Assembly: GCA_002269645.1 (NCBI GenBank)
Contig: NIVC01002866.1
Span: 70,123-134,122, forward strand
DNA length: 64,000 nt
Source of the DNA: Macrostomum lignano
Taxonomy: Eukaryota
Direction: 5' to 3'
Shown: positions 45,101 through 55,509 of the stretch, one piece after another
Layout of the letters: every line of letters starts with the position of its first letter
How positions within the stretch are numbered: the stretch's first letter is position 1
Made by a program: the position numbers and the translations under genes
The notes under the pieces: model-generated
What the model was told of the DNA's origin: nothing
The model's input: the letters and a program-made list of their open reading frames with translations, nothing else
Databases searched by the model: none

Positions 45101-45984
45101 ATTATCAATTTAATAGATGAGACTATTGACAATGGGATGAATGAGATTATCAATCTGATAGATTAAACTATTGAAAATGTGGTGAGATTACTAATCTAAT
45201 AGATGAGACTATTGACCAAGAGGTGAGATTATCAATCTAATAGATGAGACCATTGACCAAAGGATGAGATGATCAATCTAAATAGATGAGACTATTGACA
45301 ATGGGGTGAGATTATCAATCTAATAGGTGAGACTATTGACTATAGGATGAGATTACCAATCTAATAGATGAGACCATTGACAGTGGGGTCTGGGGTGAGA
45401 TTATTAAACTAATAGATGAGACTATTGGCCATGGGGTGAAATAAAGATAATCAAATGAAACAGTCGGGACTATAAAAATAAGAGGTGAGATGATCAAATG
45501 AAGCAGTTAAGAATATTGACAGAAACAGTTGATATTATCAAATATGAATGCATATTAATGTTTGATTTTGGTAAAAGAAAAATAAAGCTTGTCACCTTTC
45601 TCCTAAGCTATCTGGCAGCAAATCGGACCAGGTAAGCGCGGCATCAATAACCATGCACTCAAACAATTCTTGTTGCAAAGATGCATTCTGATATCTCAAT
45701 GATGCAACAGCAGTTTGGTAAATCTTTGCCACTCTGTCTGGCAGCACAGCCACGACATATTCACCTGACTGAACCAGGCGTAGCAAGGCAATCTGTACAT
45801 CACTTAGTAGTCTGCTTCCTGGCCCAAGTGGCAGGACATACCAGACAAAAATTGGGACATTCATCTGCTCCTCTACAGTTGGAAGAAGAACTCTTTCAGC
45901 ATCAGCATCAGCCTCATTGGCTTCTAGGTATGCCATTTTCAATGCTAGTATAGGGTTGGCAGTAATTGTTAATTCATATAACAT
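40731..45984 (-). CDS. Uncharacterised protein, ~490-505 aa, probably helical; may have further 5' exons
   Basis: Open exons 45984 (or 45936)-45596, 44325-44004, 42702-42211 and 41042-40731 join in frame via GT-AG with matching phases (2, 0, 0). I do not recognise a family. Confidence 0.7.
41110..42190. repeat. (GACA)n microsatellite with a higher-order ~406-bp duplication
   Basis: The variant block ending gcaggcagacagacactaag recurs at 41396 and 41802. Confidence 0.93.
42830..43975. repeat. ~27-29-bp minisatellite gatcaatgccaggtaaatcacaggtggg
   Basis: Direct inspection. Confidence 0.93.
44350..45430. repeat. 41-bp minisatellite gattatcaatttaatagatgagactattgacaatggggtga
   Basis: Period of 41 measured at 44461 and 44502; decays towards 45430. 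Confidence 0.95.
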
Positions 45985-46720
45985 AAGCTTTGCATAAATT
46001 GTGGCAGACCAAGGGTTGGATAAGTTGCAAAATTAGTGGCTTTGACAATTTTTGACAAACTTTGATGACAAATTAATGATTCTTTACTTTCTTTTTGGGT
46101 AGGATACAAAACTAAGTTGTACTTTTAGTCAAAATACTAGTCATATACATGTAGCTAGTATAATTTTAAAGGTTACGCATCTATGTTTAAAAAAACATTA
46201 TCAGAACATACATGTACAATCTTTAGAATTACACTAGCTATATGACATAGTCTTTGTTTCAAATGCAACTTAGTTTTGCTACTTACCAAAAATGTCTTTA
46301 ATTCTTATGCAGTCAATATTCTTAGGCATAAGAATATTGACTGCTAGACTATGAACAGCTTTTGATTAAGACTTTAAGCTATTAATTAAGTTACAGACAA
46401 ATGAAAATCATAGGCAATTAAGTTGTTAAAAGTAAATTTAAGTTAGGAATCAAAAGTTAAAAACAAAATTATAACAAATCTAAATAAGTTGATATTTTCT
46501 GATTCATAAATTTTTAGAAGCTTCTTTAATCAATATTGCAAAAACTTTTTTAGCACAATGTAGATATTTTATACTATGGTCAAGCAATAAGTGTTAAAAA
46601 TTATTAAGCTTTCTTTTTTAAAAATGCCTAAAAAGTCTAAAAGAGAAGATTAAAATTATCAGCTAGGATAGAGATAAAATTAATAACTTAAATTATTAGT
46701 TAAAACTATAACATGCATGT

Positions 46721-46871
46721 GCAACCTTGGAATCACCTGGCCGTTTCTATTGGCAACATGCACATGTAAGTCGCTATTGGCTGAGAGCAGTCACGTGACT
46801 ACTATTCCATCCAATAGTGACTTACATGTGTGTGTTGCCAAAAGAAACGGCCGAGTGAATCCCAAGGTTGC
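46721..46871. mobile_element. MITE-like hairpin, ~60-bp imperfect inverted repeats around a 30-bp loop
   Basis: Arms 46721-46780 and 46811-46871 are reverse complements (gcaaccttgg...ctattgg / ccaatag...ccaaggttgc). The loop contains the palindrome agtcacgtgact. Confidence 0.7.
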
Positions 46872-47069
46872 GCCTAAGCATGAACTATAATATAGTAATT
46901 CCATATACTAAAAATTCAATATACTATAATTATGCTTTTTATTAATTTGTCTATAATTTCATAAAAAATTGAGGAATTATAATTTAAGTATGAAGCACAA
47001 AAAGGATAAGGGCCTAATTTTATAAATTTTAAACTGATTGCCTATTGATAATAATAGTGATATGAAATT

Positions 47070-47362
47070 TATCATACATGCACAACCTCCAAAATTTGGT
47101 CAGCCATGCGACTGAGTTTCAACAAAAATGCAACGTAGTTTTTGGCCAAAAATGCAACTTACATGTAAAAAAACCCTAAAGCAAAATTAACGCAACTTTG
47201 GGTAAACGGCAGGAGTAACTATGACTGTCTTATTAAGCCAAAATGCCTTGTCAGCTACTTAGTACTACTACTTGGTTATTTTTGGGTGGGCATTTTTGCG
47301 ACTTCCTTGGTTGGCCGCCAAATCGGTCAGCCGGATCGGCCGACAATTGTGCATGTATGATA
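47070..47362. mobile_element. 293-bp TIR-bounded element (MITE-like) containing a 28S rDNA fragment
   Basis: Perfect 16-bp inverted repeats TATCATACATGCACAA (47070-47085) and TTGTGCATGTATGATA (47347-47362). The terminal TA could be a target-site duplication. Confidence 0.7.
47200..47263 (+). pseudogene. Degenerate 28S rRNA fragment (helices 69-71 region)
   Basis: gggtaaacggcaggagtaactatgactgtcttattaagccaaaatgccttgtcagctacttagt versus the conserved eukaryotic 28S sequence GGGTAAACGGCGGGAGTAACTATGACTCTCTTAAGGTAGCCAAATGCCTCGTCATCTAATTAGT (recalled, aligned by eye). Confidence 0.85.
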
Positions 47363-48301
47363 TTTATACTAATTAATGGTATAAACTAGGGGTTAGCAAA
47401 CTTTTCTCAGTATAAACTAGATTGGAAGACTAGCTTAAGTGGCAAGCCAGAAAACATAGAGTCTACAACAAATTATGGCTATAAATGAAAATTTTAGATG
47501 ATTAGACCAAATACAAGCAACAACCTTACAGTTAAAACTAATATAGGAATGACAGATCTAAAGCAAATTTTATTTACAAAGTTTCATATGTTCAATACAA
47601 AATTGATTCATAGGACCCTTTTAGATTATTAAGTAGTAGTAAGAGTGCTATAGGCCAAACTTAAAGGTGTTATAGGCTGGATTTGGCATATAGACCAGAG
47701 TTTGCCAACTTTTAGTATAAACAATTTATTTATTAGATACAAACTGCAATGCATGCATTAAAGTAGTAATTATTGAATCTATACTAATTTTGTTTTGTTT
47801 TAATAGGTGGTTATGTGTAATTGATTTTTTCAAGAATCATTTGATCTAATACATTTTTTCAGATTAGCTATAAAATTTTACAATTTTCTAACTGGTAGTC
47901 ATGCATAACTTTTTCAATGAAAATTTGAATGAGAAGTCAGTTATTTGAAAACAATGTGTTATATGTTTTTAATAGGCACTTGATGATCAATTTGTAACAT
48001 TTGTTTGCAAAGATACAATATAACCATTTTGTCTACTACAAAATATTAAATATGATGTTGGTGTTATAAGTTTAGAATAAGATAGTAATAAAATAACAAA
48101 ATTGTTTTTAATAACAGTGATAACTGACAACCTACACTTTGGATCATGTAATATATACCCAAAGATTTGGGTATACATTGACCACATATACCAAAAGTTA
48201 GACATGTACAGTTGGAATGCATTACTACTAAGAAAATAGTAGGTACATATCTACAAAACTTTGAATAGGGAGGGGGCACAGATTACTAAGGTACATATAT
48301 A

Positions 48302-48302
<1 letters not shown>

Positions 48303-48342
<40 letters not shown>
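48303..48342. repeat. (TA)n microsatellite
   Basis: Direct inspection. Confidence 0.9.
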
Positions 48343-48346
<4 letters not shown>

Positions 48347-50763
48347 ACATACATGTATATAAATACAAGAATGTGTTTTCTAGGGGCCTATATAAAAATG
48401 CAAAAATTTTAACTTGATAGGAGGCATTTGCCCCATGCACCTCCCTCTTAAATCTGCCACTGGAAAATAGTGTGCATACACCTTGGCATGCATTTTATAG
48501 AATTACATGGAGGAGTTTATATTAAGTGGAAAAATTAAAAAGTTTATTTTAGGTATAAATTTTATGCTTTTTGGTTTTTAAGCTTATAATAAAACATTTA
48601 AACAAATGTTTAGAAATCAATTTTCCATTGTAAATAATATTAATAAAAAAGAAGAATAATGAACCAAATTATTAGCCAAAAAAGGTCCTTTACACAATGC
48701 AAAAAATGTTATATTGTTGAAACACAAAAAGGTTAATTTATTATCACAATATTAGACTAGATTTAAGAGGCATGCATTTACATTTTTTGGCATGGTATGC
48801 ATTTATAATTATTCAATTTTTGTTTAGGTATGTACCTAGCATGCTCTAGACTATGGCTAAAAACTAATATTAGAAGTAATAATATATCTAATTATCTATT
48901 AATAATCAATAGATGATGGATAAAAACAAAATAAAATAATAAATCATCCAATTAAAAAAAACAGTCATATTTTATAATATACTATTTAAAGGATAATTAA
49001 TATTAAAGCACTCATTATTTGTATGGTACTGTTACTATGTATAGTACTATAATTACTGGTTTTAATATATACTGTAGTACTTATAGGTTATAGCTATGGT
49101 CTAGTTATATTTGACTGACCATAAATCTATCATTTTATTTTGAAGGCAAATGAGTTACATTAATTCTTATTCATTTCTTTTGAAGTATCTTTATACATTG
49201 TATTATTGAAATATGAGCTAATAAAAAATTCTAAGCTATAAGCACAAATTATGCCTAAACTCCATCTATTAGCTTTAGTTAGGGGCCTAGTTTAAACTCA
49301 TTATGAAAATAAAAGATACAGGGACAAATATTGAATAGTCCTTGATAAGATAAATATTTATAAGGTATTTATTTCAACTACAATAATAAATAAGGACTAC
49401 CTAATATTAAAGTTCTCTTTTTAATAAATGTTTAAGATTATAATGGGCTATCATATTTCTCAGAAATATTATGATAAAAAGATTACCCAAATGGCTAGGC
49501 CATAAAAATGACATCTCATGATAATTATTTACATGTTTTATACTAAATGAATCTTTATGAAAAATAAGTTTTACATTGTATGTAACTACACTTTATTAAT
49601 TATTTACAAGTCATTTCATCTGCCAGCAAACGAAAAGGTGGCGGACGAAATGATGTGCACCTTTGACCTTTACATGGCTTTAATAATTAAAAATAAATTT
49701 AGATAATCATAATTTATTCTGTAACTTTCATCATTTTAGTTTGAATTAATTATGTATGAATGTGAGTATAAGTATGTACCTTTTGAAGTACAGTAAGTAG
49801 CTCGGACATACTGCATATATTGGTTTTGAAATTTTACTCGAAATAAATTTAATTTTAGCCTAGACCAGTAGGGGAAGTAGTCAAATAAGAAAATATATAG
49901 CCCTTAATATTTCAAAGCAGTATTTTTTACACTAATTTAAAAACAAGGAGGAAATAAAATAAAATTAAAACACTGAATAATGATCTGCATATTGTAATTC
50001 TAGACAAAGACAAAAGAGATTAATTGAAATAAAAAAATTTCATTTCATTGAAAAACAAATATAAGCGCTTTTATAATTATAACTAATTTAGTGCGTTATA
50101 CCAAACTAAAATTTGAAACAAAGCTAAAAACTTGCTAAAAACTTTTTTGATTTTAGCTGTTTTTTAACTGAAACCTAATAAAGAAATATAAATACTGTCT
50201 TACCCATTTACAATAACGAAATCTAGGAGTTAACGAAATCACGGTACATTGCCATGAAGGAGCATGTATTTCTACTCTTGAAAGTACTCAAGTACTACTT
50301 GAGTGGTCCTAGTTTCAGTTTGACATTTAAGCATGGCTCAATATGACTTAAATTTATCTAATGATTCAATTTGATTATTGAAAAGCCTGCAGTTTCAGTA
50401 ACAAAAATCTTCAATAAATTAAGGGCCTCATATGCATATGGTTGCATGTAGCTGTTTACCCTTGCAATCAATTTGCTGCATCGAATTTCTTATTACATGT
50501 ACAAAAGGGATTAGGTCGTCAAGTATTTGGCTGTTGCTATATGAAGACAAAATGTACATGTAAATATCAGGGACACTGGAGCACACATGCACATGTACGT
50601 ATACGTCGACTGTTGTTGCAAGAAATCCTTGATGCACATGTAATACTCCAGTGGCTTAATTTTTTATTCATGTGCTGCTACTGTAAATACAAATTAATCA
50701 ACTGTTAGCGGTCCTCTTGGTAAAAAATTCCATCAAATGACAATCACCAATACGCATTTAGTG

Positions 50764-52395
50764 TCACAGGGCGCGCCTCAAGGCCAGGTCGCGGATGAAC
50801 GCCACGCCGCCGGCCGAATCCGGGGCGCCGGCGTCAGCCAGCAGGCAGTCGACGAAACGCCGAGTGCGCGCCTGCCCCCGCCGGTATAGTACGTAGGGTG
50901 CCTGCAGCAGAACCTGCACCGGCTCTGGGCAGTACGACTCGGCGCGGATGATGTGGCCTGCCAGCTGGAGTCGCCGACGGCGCAACAGGTCGCTTGGACG
51001 GACCAGGTGATACAAAGCCGCGTTAGTCACTCGCTCGTAGCCGATCTTGAAGGCGCAGTAGGCCAGCGTGCGGCGCGTCAACTTGTTGCTCGAGCGACTC
51101 CGTCAGCGCGTCCAGGTCTCGGCGTTGTACAGTAGGACGGTCTCGATAACCGCCTGGAACAACGCCGCCCTCTGGCGTTCAGGTAAGGCCTCGGACTGCA
51201 GGACTGCCCTCACAGAACGGAAGGCAGCCCAGGCAAGCTCGCGGCGACGCCGCAAATCCTCGCGAACGCTAGGAACCAGACCGCCGAGGTACATGTAGAC
51301 GAACTGCTGACAACGTGGAAGCTCTGTCGCCTGTCCATCAGCGCCTCAGCACAAAATTGCCTCGATGTCGTCCGGCACGCAGAGCACGAAGGTCTTCTGC
51401 GTGTTGAACACCAGGCCGACACTCGCCGCAACAGCAACCAGCTTGTCCAGTTGTCGCTGGGCGCCCTCGGCAGTTGAGGACAGCAGGGCGAGGTCGTCGG
51501 CGTAGCCAAGCACGCTGAGCCGCCTCTCCGGTTGACGTCGACCCACGTGTCGCCGCAACAGAAAGCCGTCGTCGTTGGTAGGAAGAGCGGTCCGCAGCAC
51601 CCAGTCAAGCACCACAACGAACAGGAACGGCGCAAGCGTATCTCCTTGAAGCACCCCGGAGGATGTCTCAAAGAAGTCCGATAGACCGTCCGGTGTTGAA
51701 ACAGCTTTCGTATCACGGTACATCGCCATGAAGACGGAAATCAGCTGCTCTTGCACGTTGTACGCACGGAGCACCTTTGGGAGCCTGACGACCAAGTCGA
51801 ATGCCTTCTTGAAATCTATGAAGATAACAATCAGGATCGACTGGCGTATCCGTGCTTCCTCGATGACTCGCTGAAGAGCCAGGATCTGCGTTACTGTGCC
51901 GCGATGGAAGCCGTTCTGCTCAGGACGCAGGAACGGATCCAGCACGGGCTGCAACCGCGATAGCAGCATCCAGCATCCGGTTGAACAACTTCGCAGCGCA
52001 GGACTGAAGGCAGATGCCTCGATGCTCCTCAAGCCTCGTGGTGTCCGGCTTCTTAGGAACTGCGACGATGTGCGCCGTGGTCCATTCGTTGGGTTCCTTC
52101 TCACCGAAGAGCATGTGATTCATCACTCTGGCGACCTCACTGGCTACACAGTGGATGCGCAGCGCCTTGACGGGCACCTCGTCCGGATCCAGCGCTTTCC
52201 CGCCCGGTGACTGTTGGGCAAGCCTCACAACGGCGGCTGTGCTGACTGGTGCTAGGCTGAAGCTCTTCTCTGCCGGCAAGCGGCATCTCCGGCGGCAGCG
52301 TCAGACTGTCTGGCAGCGGGGGTGGCGGCGCGTTGACAATGGCGGCAAAGAACTCAAGCAGCTTGTTCCTGCGCTCGTCCGCAGTCTCCTGCCAG
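50764..52395 (-). mobile_element. 5'-truncated, frameshifted non-LTR retrotransposon (RTE-like LINE), reverse transcriptase region
   Basis: Consecutive ORF pieces carry RT motifs: HIVAVPKK...HRGICL, EQNGF, FIDFKKAFD, GVLQGDTLAPFLF, GYADDLAL, YLGG, LLYNAETW, LQLAGH. Confidence 0.9.
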
Positions 52396-52763
52396 GTTTA
52401 GCATGTAAAATCATACCTCACTTGCCTGAGTCGAGTGCCTTCACCTGTAGTCTGTAGATGATTAAAAGTAATCGTTAATATTCATGTACATGTACATGCA
52501 TCTTCGGTCATTCTGCTGTTGAGTTGACACTATACATGTAACTTTAGCCATTTGCCAGTCTACTCTAAATCTTGTAGTGTATGACTTCGAGGAAAAATTC
52601 AAATTAAAGCAGCTCCATTCCTCTGCATACTCAATTATTTCAAGCTTATTGATTTATTCTTGTTTAAAAGACACGAGCTTTTCATGTAGATTGCACATGC
52701 ACATTCTCTTGTTCAAATGAATGGAGAAGTACATCCGCGAACATTGCGAAAATGCGCCTGACG

Positions 52764-54985
52764 TCACTTGGCCAGCAGTCGCCTTGCCAGACTTCTATAG
52801 TCGATAAATAATTCGCTATCATCTTGTCCTACTGCTGCTTCTTTTTCTCCACCGCTGCTTGTAGCACTTGCTGGCTTGGCCATGAGCAGCAGCTCGTCCA
52901 CCTCGGCTGGCGACAGCGGCTCCCCCATGCTGGTGAGCAGTGCTCGCAGCCGCGTAGCCGCCAGCCGGCCAGTTAGCCGACGATCCAAAGCCCTGAAGGC
53001 CTCTTCGAGTTCCGTTGCGGGACGGCGCCCGGACGACGATGACGACGCCGACGATGAGTGCAGACGTCGGGAAACAGCATCGCAAAAATCGTCACAGGTG
53101 ATCGCAGAGGGACTGCCGCTGCCATGCAGGCCTGCGGCCAGTTCCTATGGAAATTCAGGGGTGCTTGATATGGTGCAGGTATCACACCTCTGTGTAGAAG
53201 CTCTTTTGAATTTGTGGAGCTCTACTCGTCGAGTTCCCTGTCTCTACTCCCCGAATCCCCTCTCTCTACTCCCCGAATTCCATCCCTCTACTACCCGAAT
53301 TCCCTCCGTCTACTCCCCCAATTTCCCCTCTCTACTCCCCGAATTCCCTCTCTCTACTCCCCGAATTCCCTCTCTCTACTCCCCGAATTCCTTCTCTCTA
53401 CTCCCGAATTCCCTCTCTCTACTCCCGAATTCCCTCTCTCTACTCCCCGAATTCCCTCTCTCTACTCCCCGAATTCCCTCTCTCTACTCCCCGAATTCCC
53501 TCTCTCTAATCCTAGAATTCTCTCTCTCTACTCCCCAATTCCCTCTCTCTACTCCCCGAGTTCCCTCCCTCCACTCCCCCAATTCCCTCTCTCTACTCCC
53601 CGAATTCCATCCCTCTACTACCCGAATTCCCTCCGTCTACTCCCCCAATTTCCCCTCTCTACTCCCCGAATTCCGTCTCTCTACTCCCCGAATTTCCTCT
53701 CTCTACTCCCCGAATTCCCTCTCTCTAATCCTAGAATTCTCTCTCTCTACTCCCCAATTTCCTCTCTCTACTCCCGAGTTCCCTTCCTCCACTCCCCCAA
53801 TTCCTTCTCTCTACTCCCCGAATTCCCTCTCTCTACTCCCCGAATTCCCTCTCTCTACTCCCCGAATTCCCTCTCTCTACTCCCCGAATTCCCTCTCTCT
53901 AATCCTATAATTCTCTCTCTCTCTACTCCCCAATTCCCTCTCTCTACTCCCCGAGTTCCCTCCCTCCACTCCCCCAATTCCTTCTCTCTACTCCCCGAAT
54001 TCCCTCTCTCTACTCCCCGAATTCCCTCTCTCTACTCCCCGAATTCCCTCTCTCTAATCCTATAATTCTCTCTCTCTCTACTCCCCAATTCCCTCTCTCT
54101 ACTCCCCGAGTTCCCTCCCTCCACTCCCCCAATTCCATCCCTCTACTACCCGAATTCCCTCCGTCTACTCCCCCAATTTCCCCTCTCTACTCCCCGAATT
54201 CCCTTTCTCTACTCCCCGAATTCCCTCTCTCTACTCCCCGAATTCCCTCTCTCTACTCCCCGAATTCCTTCTCTCTACTCCCCGAATTCCCTCTCTCTAC
54301 TCCCGAATTCCCTCTCTCCACTTCCCGAATTCCCTCTCTCTACTCCCCGAATTCCCTCTCTCTACTCCCCGAATTCCCTCTCTCTACTCCCGAATTCCCT
54401 CTCTCTAATCCTATAATTCTCTCTCTCTCTACTCCCCAATTCCCTCTCTCTACTCCCGAGTTCCCTCCCTCCACTCCCCCAATTCCATCCCTCTACTACC
54501 CGAATTCCCTCCGTCTACTCCCCCAATTTCCCCTCTCTACTCCCCGAATTCCCTCTCTCTAATCCTAGAATTCTCTCTCTCTCTACTCCCCAATTCCCTC
54601 TCTCTACTCCCTGAGTTCCCTCCCTCCACTCCCCAATTCCATCCCTCTACTACCCGAATTCCCTCCGTCTACTCCCCCAATTTCCCCTCTCTACTCCCCG
54701 AATTCCCTCTCTCTAATCCTAGAATTCCCTCTCTCTAATCCTAGAATTCTCTCTCTTTAATCCCTAAATTCCCCTTCTCTACTTTCTCTAGTCCCCGAAT
54801 TCACTCTCTCTCCAATGTTCGAATTCACTCACTCGAACCTCTGCATCTGACGGATTCTGGCCAATCATTCTGATGAGGCGGCCCAGACTCTCCGCTGGCA
54901 GCTGACCAGCTCCATCTTTGTCCAGCATTGCGAACGCCTCCCGACACTCGGCCAGCTGCTGAGAGCTCAGAACGGACTCAGACAT
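52764..54985 (-). CDS. Calmodulin-like / myosin light chain-like EF-hand protein with degenerate loops, ~177 aa
   Basis: Exons 54985-54833 (donor GTGAGT) and 53144-52764. Motifs: ECREAFAMLDKDGAG, GQNPSDAEVRE, ELEEAFRALD, LLTSMGEPLSPAEVDEL, IDYRSL. Confidence 0.85.
53235..54790. repeat. 21-22-bp pyrimidine-rich minisatellite ctctctctactccccgaattcc in the calmodulin-like intron
   Basis: Direct inspection. Confidence 0.95.
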
Positions 54986-55509
54986 GATCAGTTTTAGAGT
55001 AGATAAACTCTTGTCTCGCTTTTCCCCAAGGGAAGAGAGCTGTCTTGCAACCTCTTAAACTCTCTCCAGACAAATGAAATTATGAAACTTACACTTGCGC
55101 GTGCTTCTTTATCCGCGCTGGGCGATCGACACAGTTTCCATAGCAACCAATTACAGGTGTAGAGGCCGGAATGTGCATGCACAGTATAGGAAGTGTACAC
55201 ACGCGGACCAAGTACCAGTTTTAAGTATTGCAGACTGCGCCGCTGGAGTGTAGGCGCGGTGTGGATTATAGACAGCTTGGGAAAGAATTTTCTATGCTGG
55301 AGGGAAGGAAGCTTGATACACGTATACACCCCTCCCCAGTGCAATAGCTTCATCAATTATTCCAATTGAGTCTGCACTCCCCATCCAAGAGTGGATGCAT
55401 TTTTTGCAGCGCAGTGACTTTCTGAGTAGTTTGTGACGCTAATTGCTAGTTAATCAAAAATAGAAGGGCTCTTATGAAACAGATTTATACAGTTTTCCTG
55501 CAGTGACGC

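Noticed and set aside
47200-47263. Functional rRNA gene
   Set aside because: Only ~64 nt, the H69 stem pairing is broken, and there is no surrounding rDNA.
46000-50700. Mitochondrial insertion (NUMT) or organellar origin of the AT-rich block
   Set aside because: I found no recognisable mitochondrial ORF, tRNA or rRNA motifs in any frame. The one rRNA match is to nuclear 28S. A BLAST against the mitogenome would settle it.
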